DNA from: Felis catus
Taxonomy: Eukaryota
Assembly: GCF_018350175.1 (NCBI RefSeq)
Contig: NC_058368.1
Location: 107,386,001 to 107,450,000 of the forward strand
Direction: 5' to 3'
DNA length: 64,000 nucleotides
Shown: piece by piece, positions 23,129 to 37,135 of the stretch
Numbering within the stretch: the first letter of the stretch is position 1
How the letters are laid out: each line of letters opens with the position of its first letter
Position numbers and translations under genes: made by a program
Notes under the pieces: model-generated
What the model saw: the letters and a program-made list of their open reading frames with translations, nothing else
Databases searched by the model: none
What the model was told of the DNA's origin: nothing

Positions 23129-24858
23129 AGTTAAAATTTAGAGGATACAAATGGTAAATAAGCAAAGAAATTTACATATTATGATAAAGTCTGGAAAAGA
23201 TTAAAATTCAGGTGAGACGCTGAAGAGCAACGGAAATCACTTTTATGTGGGGTGATCAAAAGAGTCTGTGGCGATGTGAGGTTTAAGTTGAAATCTGAAG
23301 AAAATGACCAAACATATGAAAAGTTAGAAGGCAGAGCATTCCAAGGAGAGGAATAGTAAGCAATGGGGCCTGTTTATATGGGAAGGGTGAAGGAAGTGAT
23401 CTTTAAGAAATTTAAATGAGGCCAGTGTGACTGGAGCATAATGAGAAAGGGTATGAATGATGTAAGGCCAGGTAGTGTACATATCAAGAAATGCCCTGTG
23501 GAACAATGTAGAGTGTGGATTATATTTCTTATCAGTGAGTTTCCATCGAAGGTTTTACCCAGAAGGTGGCATCATCTGGTTTTTATTTTTTTACAAGACC
23601 AGTATATCAGCTATGTGGAAAATGAGTTAAATAAGGGCAATGTAAAAGAAGGGAGACCAATGACTGGTTTGTGACAGTAGTCTGGACAAGAGTGATGGTG
23701 TCTTGGACCCACGTAGTGGGCTGATTCTTAGATTTTTGGTTTGAGCAACAGGGTAGATAGTGGTGGTATCTATTGAGATGGGAATACCAGGAATTAATAG
23801 TTTTAAGTAAGAGGTAACCCAGAGGTTAGTGTTTAATAAGTTAGGTTGAGATGTGTAACATGTTATATTTAAAGGTGCTGAAGATCTTGTCTTTTTTAGT
23901 TGGGAGATTCATGTTTGACCACAGTGATGAAAAAGTATGCTTACATAAGTTTACTGAAAATTCAAAAGTAATCAGCAAAAGTTTAGAAATAGGATTTATA
24001 ATTTCCAGGTAGCGAAGAAGAGTTAAGAAAACCTTATCAGTATGACCAACAGCTAGGGAAGGTCAATGAAAACAAGAAAAAATAAATCATATTATAAACA
24101 AAGTGTCAGAATATATCTAGACATCTCAGTAATTATACTAGATCTAGTTACTTTGGTTGCTTATAAGTTTTTGCTATAATGTTTCATGCTAAAATGAGTA
24201 TATAAATTTTGGTAAAAATTCATGAGTATTATATAGGAAAATTCCTAGCAGTGGCATTGTATGTCAGAATGTGCATTTTAGGTATGGCAGCTTATCAATT
24301 ACATATCAGTTGTTCTTTAAGACAAACAACTTTTGTCTTCACTTATTTTCCTTATTGATTGTGTTTTCTATGTTACTGATTTCTGGTCTGATATTTATCC
24401 TTTCCTTTTTGTATGCTTATTTTGGATTTCATTTACACTTCTTTTTTGGGTTTGTTTTTGTTTATTAAGGTAGAAGCTGAAGCCATAGTTTTAGTATCTC
24501 TTTATATACAAATAGATATTTTATACTATAAATTTCCCTCTAAATCCTGCTTTAGTTCCATTACACAAATTTTGATGTGTTCCCTGTTCTCTTTTCATTA
24601 AAGATAGTTTCTCATTTCACTTGTAATACCTTCTTTGATCCATGGATTATTGAGAACTAAGTTTTCTTAGTTTCTGAATGTTTAGAGATATCCTTCTTTT
24701 ATTGAAATTAAATCCATTTTTGTTAGTGACCATACTTTGTATGACTTGAATTATTTAAAATTGATTGAGACTTGGCTATTGTTTAACTGGTAAATATTCC
24801 ATGTATAGTTAAATGCAAACTGTATTATTTTGTTGTTGGAGTATTCACCCTTCCTGAT

Positions 24859-25127
24859 ATTCTTTTGTTTGTTTGTTTATTTATTTTTGAGAGACAGAAA
24901 CAGAGACAGAGTGTGAGCAGGGGAGGGGGAGAGAGAGAGAGAGAGAGAGACAGAGAGAGAGAGAGACAGAGAGAGAGAATGAATGAGAATGAATGAATGA
25001 ATCCAAACCAGGCTCCAGGGTTTGAGCTGTCAGCACAGAGCCCAATGTGGGGCTCAAACTGATGGACTGTCAGATCACGACCTGAGCTGAAGTCACATGC
25101 CCACCCACTGAGCCACCAACACACCCC
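24859..25127 (-). mobile_element. CanSINE with TSD
   Basis: TSD TCACCCTTCCTGAT at 24845-24858 and 25128-25141. Confidence 0.95.
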
Positions 25128-25414
25128 TCACCCTTCCTGATTTTCTATTCCATTAATCATTGAAAGTGGACTGTTAAAATCTCTGACATCTAAATATGTA
25201 TTTGTCGATTTCTTCCTGCATTTTTATCAATTTCTGCTTCATGTGTTTTAAAGCTCTGTTATCAGATGCATAAATGTTCAAAATTATTTCCTCTTGATAA
25301 AGCAACCCCTTTATCATTATAAAATGACCTTCTTTTACCCAGATAATATTTTGCTCTGTAATCTACTTTGAGCGTAGACTCTAATCTGTGATTACTGCTA
25401 GCTTAACATTAAAT

Positions 25415-25630
25415 ATCTTTTTTAAAATGTTTATTTTTGAGAGAGAGTAAGAGAGAGAAAGCACACATGTGCAGGGGGAAGGGCAGAGAGAGAGAGAAAG
25501 AGGGAGACAGACAATCAGAAGCCATAAGCACAGAGCCCGATACAGGGCTTGAACTCATGAACTGTGGGATCATGACCTGAGCTGAAATTAAGAGTCGCAT
25601 ATTTAATCAACTGAGCCACCCAGGTGCCCC
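25415..25630 (-). mobile_element. CanSINE with TSD
   Basis: TSD AACATTAAAT at 25405-25414 and 25631-25640. Confidence 0.95.
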
Positions 25631-26866
25631 AACATTAAATTTATTTTACCATTGATTTTCTTTGTGGTATTATATTTAAAGAGTATTTCTTGGGCAGCAT
25701 ATAGTTGAGTGTCATCTTTTCATCCAATCTGACAATCCTTGCTCCCCCCCCCCCCATTTTTTCCCTTTAATCTTTTATTCCATTTTTAAAATTATAATTC
25801 CAGTGTAGTTAATATACAGTGTTATATTAGTTTCAGGTATACAGTACAGTGATTAAACAGATTAAACAGATCCATATATTTACTCAGTGCTCAGTAGGAT
25901 AAGAGTACTCAATCCCTTTGAACTATCTCACCCATTCCCCCATCTGCTTGTTCTCTATAGTTGAGTCTGTTTTTTGCCTTATCTCTCACTCTTTTTTCCC
26001 TTTGTTCACTTGTTTCTTTTCTTAAATTCCATATTTGAGTGACATCATATAGGAGGTGTCTTTCTCTAACTGGCCTATTTCACTTAGCTTTATACTCTTT
26101 AGAACCATCCATGTTGTTGCAAATGATGAGGCTTCATTCTTTTTTATGGGTGAATAATATTACCTTATATATATAAACCACATCTTTTTTATCCATTCAA
26201 CTTTGGATTGACACTTGGACTGCCTTAATAGTTTGGCTATCTTAAATAATGCTGCAGTAAATACAGAGCTGCTTGTATCCCTTTGAATTAGTGTTTTCAT
26301 ATTCTTTGGGTAAATACCCAGTAGTATGATTACTAGATCATAGGGTAGTTCTGTTTCTAATTTTTTGAGGAACCTCCAAACTTTTTACCAGAGTGGTTAC
26401 ACCAGTTTGCATTGTTATCAACAGTGCATGAGGGTTCCTGTTTCTCCACATCCTCATCAACAATTACTGTGTCTTGTGTTTTTGATTTTAGCCCTTCTGA
26501 CAGATGTGAGGTGGTGTCTCACTACAGTTTTGATTTGCTTTCCCTGACAATGAGTTATGTTGAGCATCAACATCATAAGCATCATGTGTGTGTTGGCCAT
26601 CTGGATGTCATCTTTGGAGAAATGTCTGTTCATGTCTTCTGCCCGTTTTTAAATCAGATTATTTGCTTTTTGGGCATTGAGTTGTATAATTTCTTTACAT
26701 ATGTTGGGTATGTTGTTTGCAAATGTCTTCTCCTATTACATAGGTTGTCTTAGTTTTGTTGGTTGTTACCTTTGCTGTGCACAAGCTTTTTATTTTGATA
26801 TAGTCCCAATAGTTTACTTTTGCTTTTGTGTCCTTTGCCTCTGGATATATAACTAGAAAGATACTC

Positions 26867-26960
26867 CCTTTTTTTGTATGAAATTTATTGTCAAATTGGT
26901 TTCCATACAACACCCAGTGCTCATCCCAACAGGTGCCCTCCTCAGTGCCCATCACCCACT
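26867..26960 (-). mobile_element. Severely 5'-truncated young felid L1 3' end
   Basis: ATGAAATTTATTGTCAAATTGGTTTCCATACAACACCCAGTGCTCATCCC; TSD TAGAAAGATA(C/T)TC at 26854-26866 and 26961-26973. Confidence 0.88.
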
Positions 26961-29099
26961 TAGAAAGATATTCTTACAGCAATGTCAGAGAAATTACTGG
27001 CTGTGCTTTCTTCTAGGTTTTTTTTTTTTTTATGGTTTCAGATATCACATTTAGTACCTTAATCTATTTTGAGTTTATTTTTGTGTATGGAGTGAGAAAG
27101 TGGTCTAGTTTCATTTTATTGCATGAAGAGGTCTGGTTTTCCCAGCATCATTTGTTGAAGACACTGTATTTTTCCCATTGCATATTCTTGCCTCTTTGGT
27201 TGAAGATTAATTGACCATATAATTGTGGGTTCATTTCTGGGTTTTCAGTTCTGTTCCATTGATTTGCATGTCTATTTTTGTGCCATTACCATACTGCTTT
27301 GGTTACTACAGCTTTGTAATATAACTTGAAGTCTGGAATTGTGATACCACCAGTTTTGTTTTTCTTTTTCAAGATTGCTTTGACTCTCCTTGGTTTTGTG
27401 GTTTCATATAAATTTTAGGATTGTTTGTTCTAGTTTTGTGAAAAATACTATTGGTATTTTGATAGGGATTGCATGAAATGTGTACATTGCTTTGGGTAGT
27501 GTAGACATTTTAACACTACCTATTCTTCCAAACCATGAACATGGAATGTTTTTCTATTTCTTTGTGATTGTCTTGAATTTTTTTCATCAGTGTTTTCATA
27601 GTTTACAGAATACAGGTCTTTCATTACTTTGATTAAGTTTATTTCTAGCTATTTTATTATTTGTGGTGCAGTTGTAAATGAGATTGATTTCTTAATTTCT
27701 CTTTCTAGTGCTTCATTATTAATATATAGAAATGCAACAGATTTCTCTACATTGATTTTGTATCTTATTACTTTACTGAATTTATTTATTGGTTCTAGAA
27801 GTTTATGGTGCAGTCTAGATTTTCTCTATATAGTAACATGTCATCTACATATAGTGAAAGTTTTACTTCTTCCCTAACAACTTGGATGCCATTTATTTAT
27901 TTAGTTAGGTATCTGATTGCAGTGCTAGAATTTCCAGTACTATGTTGAAGAAAAGTGGTAAGAATGGGCATCCTTATTGTGTTCCCAGTTTTAGGGGAAA
28001 AGCTCTCAGTTTTTCACCATTGAGTATGATATTAGCTGTGAGTTTTTCATAAATGGCCTTCATCATGTTGAGCTATGTTCCCTGTACACCTACTTTATTG
28101 ATGGTTTTTATCATGAATAGATGTTGTACTGTGTCAAATACATTTCTGCATTTATTAAAGTGATCGTATGGTTTTTATTTTTCTCTTATTGATGTGACAT
28201 ATGTCAATTGATTTGCAAGTATTAAACCACCTTTGTATCACTGGAATAAATCCCATTTGATCATGGTGAATGATTCTTTTCATGTATTGTATGATTTAGT
28301 TTTCTAATATATTGTGGATTTTGTATCTGTGTTCATCAGGGATATTGGCTTGTAGTTCTCTTTTTTTGTTGAGTTTTTGTCTCACTTTGGTATCAGGGTA
28401 ATGCTGTCCTAATAAGATGAATTTGGAAGTTTTCCTTTCTCTTCTAGTTTTTAGAATAATTTGAGAAGAATAGACATTAATTCCCATTTAGATGTTTGGT
28501 AGAATTTACCTACGAAGCTGTCTGGTCCTGGACTTCTGTTTGTTGGGAGTTTTTTTTATTACTAATTGCATTTCCTTGCTGTTAATCCATCTGTTCAAAT
28601 TTTCTTTCTTCCTGTTCCAGGAATGTATCAATTTCTTCTAGGTTGTCCAGCTTGTTGGCATATAATTTTTCATAATATTTTCTTACAATCATTTGTATTT
28701 CTGTGGTGTCAGTTATTTTATTTTATTTTATTTTTTTTGATAAATCTGGTTAGAGGTTTATCAATTTTGTTGATCTTTTCAAAGAACCAGCTCTTGGTTT
28801 CATTGATCTGTTCTATTGTTTTTTTAGTTTGTAGATCATTTATTTCTGCTCTAATCTTTATTATTTCCTTCTTTCTACTGGTTTTGTGTTTGTTGGTTCT
28901 TTTTTTAGTTCCTTAAGATGTAAGGTTAGGTTGTTTGACATTTTCTTGCTTTTTGAGATAGGGCTGTATTAGTATAAATTTCCCTCTTAGAATTGCCTCA
29001 TCCCAGAGATTTTGTAGTGTTGTGTTTTCATTTTCATTTTTCTCCACGTAATTTTTGATATTCTTTGCTTTCTTGCTTGACCCATTCATTGTTTAGTGA

Positions 29100-29230
29100 C
29101 ATTTATTTATTTTTTAAATAGGCTCTTTACTTGTAGCCCAACATGAGGCTTGAACTTAGAACTCTGAGATCAAGACCTGAGCTGAGATCAAGAGTCAGAT
29201 GCCTAACTGAATGAACCTCCCAATTGTCCC
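29100..29230 (-). mobile_element. Short CanSINE
   Basis: GAGATCAAGACCTGAGCTGAGATCAAGAGTCAGATG... Confidence 0.85.
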
Positions 29231-29461
29231 AAATAGCATGTTATTTAACCTTCATGTATTTGTGTTCTTTTCAGAATTTTTCTTGTGGTTGATTTCTAGT
29301 TTCATAGTGTTGTGGTCTGAAAAGATGTATTGTATGATTTGATCTTTATGACTTTTTTGAGACTTGTTTTGTGACCTTATACATGATCTGTTATGGAGAA
29401 GGTTCCACCGGAACCTTCCATTGAACACTGGAAGGTTCCATTGAACATTGGAAAGAATGTG

Positions 29462-29705
29462 GCAGTGCCTGAGTGGCTTAGTCCCTTAAGCGTCCAACTT
29501 TGGCTCAGGTCATGATCTCATGGTCTGTGGGTTCAAGCCCTGTGTCGGGCTCTGTGCTGACAGCTCAGAGCCTGAAGCCTGCTTCAGATTCTGTGTCTCC
29601 CTCTCTCTCTTCCCCTTGTGGTCTGTCTCTCTCTCTCTGTCTCTGTCTCTCTCTGTCTCTCTCTCTCTCAAAAATAAATAAACATTTTAAAAAATTTTTA
29701 AAAGA
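29462..29705 (+). mobile_element. CanSINE with TSD
   Basis: TSD AAAGAATGTG at 29452-29461 and 29706-29715. Confidence 0.94.
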
Positions 29706-32700
29706 AAAGAATGTGTATTCTGGTGTTTTAGGATAAAATGTTCTGAATATATCTGTTACATCTATCTGGTCTAATGTGGTATTCAAAGTCACTCTTTCCA
29801 TGTTGATTTCCTGTTTGTGTTAATTTATGGAAGTGGGGTATTAAAGTCCTGTGATATTATTGTATTACTATCTTGCTTCTGTGTTGGGTGCATAAATATT
29901 CACACATTACATCTTCTTGTTGGATTATCCCCTTTATTATTATTTGTTGTTCTTTTTTTGTCTCTTGTTACAGTCTTTGTTTTAAGGTCTATTTTGTCCA
30001 ATTTAAGTATTGCTACCCTGGCTTTCTTTTGACATTCACTTGCATGGTAAGTGTTTCTCCATCTCTTCATTGTCAGTCTGCATGTGTCTTTAGGTTTGAA
30101 ATGAGTCTGTCATAGGCAGCATATAGATAGGTCTTGTTTTCTTAACCATTCTGTCACCCTACATCTTTTGATTGGAGCATTTGGTTCATTTACATGCAAA
30201 TTAATTATTGATAGGTATTTATTACCATTTTGTTACTGGTTTTGTAGTTGTTTTTGTAGTTCTTCTGTGACCTTTTCTTATGGTGTGCTGGCTTTCTTTA
30301 GTGATATACTTTGGTTCTTTATTATTCATCTTTTGTGTATCCATTACTGGTTCTTTAATTTGTAGTTACCATTAGGTTTGTACATAACAACTGCATATAG
30401 TAGTCTTTGTTAAGGATGGTCACTTAAGTTTGAACCCATTCTTTACTCCTCTTACCACCTTCCTCCCCACCCCAACATTTTAGGTATATGGTGTCCTAGT
30501 TTACATATTTTATTCTGTGAGTCCCTTGACTGATTTTTACAGATATACTTCTTTTTACTGCTTTTGTGTTTCCTACTTTTGTTACTCTTCTTTACAGTGT
30601 TTCCTTTCCACACGAAGAATCCCCTCCAGCATTTCCTGTAGGGCTAATTTAATAGTCATAAACTCCTTTAGCTTTTGTTTGTCCCAGAAACTCTTTAACT
30701 CTCCTTTTCTTCTGAATGATAGCTTTGCTGGGTAGAGTATTTATGACTGCACTTTTTTTTTTTTTCCTTTCAGCACTTTGAATCTATAATGTTGCTTCCT
30801 TTTAGTCTGCAAAGTTTCTGTTGAAAAATCTACTTATGGGGTTTCCTTTTGGGGTTTCTCTTGTATGTAACTGTCTTGTATGTAACAACATCTTGTTGTT
30901 TTTCAAATTCTCTATCATTGCTTTTTGCCATTTTAATTACTATGTGTCTTTGTGTGAAGCTCCTTGGGTTGATTTTGTTGGCGGATCCTGTGCTTCCTGG
31001 ATCTGGATATCTGTTTCCTTCTTCAGATTACTGAAGTTTTTGGCTATTATTTCTTCAAATAAATTTTCTGCCCACTTTAATCTCTGTTTTTCTTCTAAGA
31101 TTCCTATAATGGGAATATTAATATGCTTGATGAATCACTGAGTTACCTAAGTCTATTCTTATTTTGTATCTATTTTTTCTATTGTACTACCTGCTCAGCT
31201 TGATTACTTTCCATTAGTCTGTCCTCCAGGTCACTTACTCATTCCTCTGCTTCTTCCATCCTGCTATATATTCTATCTAGTATATTTTTACTTTCATTTA
31301 TTGTGTCCTTCATCTCTGATTGGTTATTTTTTAATCTCCTTGTTCAGGGTCTCACTGATGTCTTCCACTCATCTCTCAAGTCCAGGGAGTATATTTATGA
31401 TCATTATTTTAAATTCTCTATCAGACATACTATTTATATCCATTTCTTTTAGATCTCCTGTTGTGGCTTTGTCCTGTTTTTTCACTGAGGACTTATTCGT
31501 CTCCTCATTTCATCTAATTCTCTGCATCTGGTTCTTTGTGTTTGGAAATTCATCTATTTCTCCTGCTCATTATAGTAATAACCTTATGAAGAAGAGTTCT
31601 TGTAGTACACTGCAGTGCCATGTCCCCTGTTCACCAGAACCTGGTGCTTCAGGTTTTTTCCTATGTAAGTTGTATGTGCCCTGCTGTTATGTTCTGGCTG
31701 ATTTTTCTTCCAGTCCACTCATCTGCAGTGGCTCTCTTTGCTTATTGTGAGCAATGTTTGATCCCTGGCTGGGATTGGTTACATAGTTTTAATAAGGTAT
31801 GCACCAGTCTGCTTATAAAATAAGACCTTCCCCTCCTGCCACTTGGACCAGGGGTGCTTCGGCCCATCCACAGTGTGTGCCTGGGTGGGGTGCACAGTTT
31901 TAACAAGGTGTGGGTGGGGTTCAACAGGGCTCCCTGCTGGCACCAGACCAAGGCAGGTGAAATGTACAGGTGGAGAGACATTGTATTGGCAAGGTTTGTG
32001 TTAGTCTTCTGGTGGAGTGGACCAGCATTACCAGGACCAAGGCAAATGTGACTAGAAATGGAAGATCCCCAGAAGTTCATGGGTGACAGGGCTTGGTGTA
32101 AGCAAGTTAGGTAGTGTGTGTGGGTGCTGTGCTGCTTCCCGCAGGTGGCTCTGAATTTATGCTGCGAGTCAAGGGAGGGAAATGGTGACTGCCAGCTCCT
32201 TTGTTACTGGAGGAGTCTTCCTGTGAATCCTGACCCTCTAGGCACTCTGTGAGATGAGTAAATAATTCTCCCTCCCATGTGTTCCAGGCATTTTTCAAAT
32301 TGCTGGTTGTATACTATATTTCTGCAGATTGTTTGTTGTGTTTTCTCTTTAAGGGCAGTCACTCAACTTCCCATCTCCCTTGGGACCCTCCCAGAACCAA
32401 GCTGGTTTATTTTTGAAATTCCAGGCTTTAAGTTCCATTGGTTGTAAGAACTCATGAAATTTGGCACCTCTTGCTTTCTTAGCCAAATTAGGGGGATTCA
32501 TCTTCCCTGTGTGGGCTGCTTGGTGTGATAGTCTGTTTCTCTCACTTATCTGTGCCTACATGTCCCTCCCTTGTGTGGATACTGTGGTCCCTTTAGCTTA
32601 CCACTGCATGTCTGCCCTTCCTACTGTCTTTGATGTGTCCTCTTCTCTACCTTTAGTTGTGGAGTTCTGTCAGTTTTCATGTAGTATTCTGGACTATTTA

Positions 32701-33974
32701 TACTGATATGAATGTTATCTAGTTATATCTGTGGGACCAGGTGAAGTTAGGGTCCTCTTACTCAACCATCTTCCCAGCCTCCCATTCCCTGATAGTCCTT
32801 GCTTTTTGATGGTAATGATTAGATTAGTTATATTTCATGTGATTATTAATATGGTTAAGTTAAAATCTAGCATGCTACTAATCTACTATCATGCTGTTAT
32901 TTCTGTTCTCTGCCTTCTTTGAATTAATTTTGTTAGTATTTTGTTTCTCTTCTTTGTTATTTTATTAGCTATAACTTTTTTGGTATTATGCTTATAGTTG
33001 TTTTGGGGTTATATAGTATCCATCATTGATATATCACAATCAGCCATCAAATAGATGTTATGCCACTTCATTTATGATGCATGGACCTTAAAACTGAATA
33101 TATCCATCTCTCCTTGCCTGAATTTTGTACCTTCATTGTCATATATTTTTCTTCTCCATGTGTTCTAATTCCCTCAGTGCATTGTTATTCCTTTTACATT
33201 AAGCTGTCAGTAATCTTTCAAAAATATGTAAATAATAAGAATATATTCTATTGGTACCCATTGAGTTATTTCTGGTATTTTCTCTTACTTTGTGTAAATT
33301 CATATTTTCATTTGGTTATCATTTTCCTTCTGCTCTAAGGACATCTTTAAACATTTCTTTAATTGCAAGTCTTCTTGTGATAATTCTTTGAGATTTTGTG
33401 TGATTAAAAAAACCTCACTTTTTTCTTATCTTTTAAAAATATTTGCTGGAAATATAAATCTAGAGTGACAAGTATTCCCCCGTCCCACCTCAGTCCTTTA
33501 AGATGTTATTCTCTTGTCTTCTGGCTTGCCTTACTTCCAATGAGCAGTATGCTGTCATCTCTATTTCTTGTCATGTGTATATACTGTGTATTTTCCCTCT
33601 GGTTAATTGTAAGATTATTTCTTTACCTCTAGTTTTAAGCAGTTTAATTTAGATGTGCTTTGATGTAGTTTTGGTTCTTTTGCTTCTGGTGATTTAAGCT
33701 TTTTGGGTCTGTGTGGTTGGTAGTTTTAATTGAGATTGAAATTTTCAAGCATTATTTGTTCAGTACATGGTTTTTTCCTTCTCTTTCTACTTTTTCTTCA
33801 TGAACTATGGGCACATATATATTAGGCAATTCAAACTTGTCCAACAGCTCACTCACACACTGTTCATGTATTTTTATTTTTCTATTTTATTTTGTACAGT
33901 TTTTTTTTTTTTTTTTTAGTTTTTAAGTTCACTAATCTTTTTGGCAGCAGTATCCAATTTGCTATTAATCATAG

Positions 33975-33976
<2 letters not shown>

Positions 33977-34010
<34 letters not shown>
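33977..34010 (+). repeat. (TG)17 microsatellite
   Basis: Perfect run. Confidence 0.97.
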
Positions 34011-34015
<5 letters not shown>

Positions 34016-37000
34016 TTTATCTTTGATATTATTATTTTCATCTCTAAAAGTACAATTTGGGTCTTTTTAAAGAATACATATCTCTCATCTCTTTTTAATA
34101 AGTCATTATTTCCTATGGTTTTTTTTAAGTTATAAAGTACAGCTATAAACCTGTTTTAATGTTCCTGTCTACTAGTTTTATTATCTTTGTTATTACTCTG
34201 TCACTTTCTCTTGATTTATTTTTCTCCTTCTTATGTACCATATTTTCCTTCTTCCTTGTTTTTTTTTGCCAGTAATTTCTCATTGAATGGTAGGCATTGT
34301 GAATTTTAACTTTTTTGGTGCTGCATATTTTGTGCTATGTTTTTGTAATTGAGATTTATCACTTTGGCTGAAGCAAGACCATTGCTGTTTGTTTCCTCTC
34401 CTTTTTTTCCCCATGATGCTTTCTCTTTGTTCATATAGTGTCCTTGTACACCTGTGCTAATGAGTCCTCAACTGAAGACTTGAAACCTCTGTAGGTTTCC
34501 AGAGTTTCTGTTGGTGTAGCTCTCTTGTCTCTGGAATTCTACTATATATGTCATAGCTGTGTAGGACTCACAACTCTGTTACGTCACCTCAGGGAACCAA
34601 GACACTATTGGCTTCCCACTCTTTGTACATGAACTGGATTCTTTATCCAGGATGTAAATTCTGGCAGTTGTAGGCCTCAACTCATTTATTTCCTTCCTTT
34701 CAGGAATTACTGTCTTTCATTTCCTGATGTGTTATATATTGAAAACCATTCTTTTGTATATTGTGTTTCGGTTTTAACTTGTTTCTTATTTTTTGGTGAA
34801 TCTGGATAGAAGTAGAAATTGTATGTTTTTATTTTGATTTAACTTGTTGGGTGCTCTGCAGCTGTGGCTTGTTTTTTCCTTCAGTTTCGAAATTTCTCCA
34901 CCATTTCTTTTCCAGTCTTGTTGCTACCTATCTTCTATCCCTTTTTCTCTGCCATTCCAATTACACACATACATATATTGCAATTTTTCTTTCTATCTCC
35001 TGGGCCTTTTACTCTTTCTTCTGTATTTTTCTTTACTTTTTTTCTTTTCTTTTTAAAAAATCTTTCCATACTTATTGCTAGAAAATTTCTGTTGATTATT
35101 TCCAGTAAGTGAATAATTATTTTTATAATATGCTATTAAATCCATTTTTAGAGTTATCACTGTTGAGATTGTATTTTTCAGTTCTAGAATTTAGACTTTC
35201 TTTTCCAGTTTTCTCCTGTAAGCCTTATTTTATTTTCATCTTATCTCCTTGAACATTGTAACTACATTTATTTTAATTATAGGCTTTGTGCCTTAATTAT
35301 CTGTATTCCATGAGCATTCATTTTTATTGTCTGTTGTTTCTCTTCTTTTATATTTATGTTGTTTTATTCCTCATAGTCCACTTTAATTTTGAATGGCAGT
35401 CACATATGTAGTATGAAAACAAAATGTAGAAATAATTTTAAGTTTTGGATGATGTTCTTCCTTCAGAGGAATGTATTTGCTTCTGACAGGTAGCTCAAGC
35501 AAGTCAAAGTCATAGAGCTAGTATGTTTCCACATTTATGCTTATTCCCATGTTAAATGACCTCAGCACAGAGAGTGGAGACATGTGAGGTGCCTCTTCTT
35601 ATGTTCTGACTCTAATTTTGTTCCACTAGCATGCGGTTGTCAAAATCATACCTCAGCTTTTCAGCTTCTCAACCTCTTCTCAATTTAGCAAGTAGCATTT
35701 GGAGAAATGTAGCTCCAAATGCTGGACTCCCCTCACTGCCTTCTTTTGGGTCTAGGTTTCAAAATTTTTAGTGCCTTGTTGGGTCCCCAGTGCCTTCAGC
35801 AGTTACTTTTAATATTTTGTCCAGTTACTAGTTATTCTCTCTGGGACTATTGGTTTGAATTACCTTGCTTGTGATTATTAGAAGAGGAAGTTCCATTCTT
35901 ACTCTCATTATATTAGTAAGTATCTGTAACCCTTTGATCAAGATAAAATTAATTTATAATTAAATATTTTCTGAAGTAAGTAAATTTTATTTGACCAGAA
36001 GTAAGAAATTACTCTAAATTCTTTAAGCTAGGGACATGAAGAAAATGTTATTGGAGAAATGATCAAAATTAGAGGTGATAATTGGCAATGGATATCCATA
36101 ATTTTGAGTGGGGCTAAACTTTGTATAACAATGATTAATTTAGCAAATGTGGTTTTGACATACTAGTAAAAATAAGTTCACATCCCAGTTAATTGTTCAC
36201 AGATATTCTGTTACTGTGCTTTTGGTAGTGATAGTTTGAGCCTGAGCTGAATCTAATGTAGTAGGTTATTTGTGTGTGTGTAGGTATGGTCAGTGTAAAC
36301 TCTAGTAAGGGAAATTGGGAAAAATTAAAGCTTGGGAGAATGGTCAAAATCAAGAAGGTATAATGTAGAAAGATTACTTAAAATTTTATAATGGAAAAAA
36401 ATTAAGTGTTTTATTAATTGAGGTTCATTAGGAAATATGAGTATGAACTAATGGCTCTAGTAAAAGTGTATTTTTCAGCATTGTCACCAAAGAGAACCAA
36501 CAGAATGTAAATACCAGTAATGGGTATTGAGGAAAAAATATAATATCCATTCCTACTACTTATATTTTAGACTCTATTTCACTGTACATTAGAAGTATTA
36601 TTTCAAGAGTACATGATTTCATGTCTCTGGCCAGGGAAACGTTAAAAATAAAAAGCGTTTGAAATATCTTATTGCAAGAAGTCAAAGGTCTTTGGAAATA
36701 CTAGCATAGCCTTGAAGAAGCCAAGTTTATGGTGTTTCCATTAGCTAAATTGGTACAAAGTAAGACTTGAAACGACTAATAATTATTGCTAATTGGAACA
36801 AATTGAGTCTGTGAGAATCTACTACTCCTTAATTATATTCAAAAGGGAAAAGTTAATATGACTTATATAAAAACATAGTTGTATTACAAAATAATTAAAT
36901 ATTCTTAAGAGATGAGTGAAATGTACAGGTCAGTCTATTATCTGCTGGACAGTAAAACCTCTTAGGGAAACTAATAATAATATGATGCTTCTTATTTTTT

Positions 37001-37135
37001 GTCTTCCTGGCCTGGTAGGCTATCAAAAGCACTATTCATTTTCTTAATCTCTTTGCCTCCTCTTCAGGAATCGTCATGTTTGCAGGAAGAAAGCAGATTC
37101 AAATGCTAGTATCAACTTACAGGGGGATTTCTATC

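Larger units (their letters stand above)
21750..23870 (-). mobile_element. LINE-2 fragment interrupted by the CFL1 retrocopy
   Basis: L2-like 3' end ATTCAGCTAAAACATTTTTGAG...AAGCACTGATCTAGGCA...ACATGAACAAA upstream of the insert; downstream continuation GGCAGAGCATTCCAAGG...GAGGCCAGTGTGACTGGAGCA. Confidence 0.75.
25744..32788 (-). mobile_element. Near full-length carnivore LINE-1 (degraded ORFs)
   Basis: 3'UTR at ~25770-26200; ORF2 fragments (TLNTTLDQIDVTDIFRTFYPKTPEYTFFS EN domain; KAKVNYWDYIKIKSLCTAK); ORF1 region; GC-richer 5'UTR ending CAACCATCTTCCC; TSD CTGACAATCCTTGCT 25729-25743 / CTGATAGTCCTTGCT 32789-32803. Confidence 0.9.
24290..34790 (-). mobile_element. Old LINE-1 (L1M-type; EN region through ORF1), split by a younger L1 and SINEs
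   Basis: Antisense L1 EN-region sequence 24290-25743 resumes collinearly at 32789 (CAATCTGACAATCCTTGCT|TTTTGATGG...ATTTCATGTGATTATTAATATGGTT) and continues into ORF1-like sequence. Confidence 0.75.
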
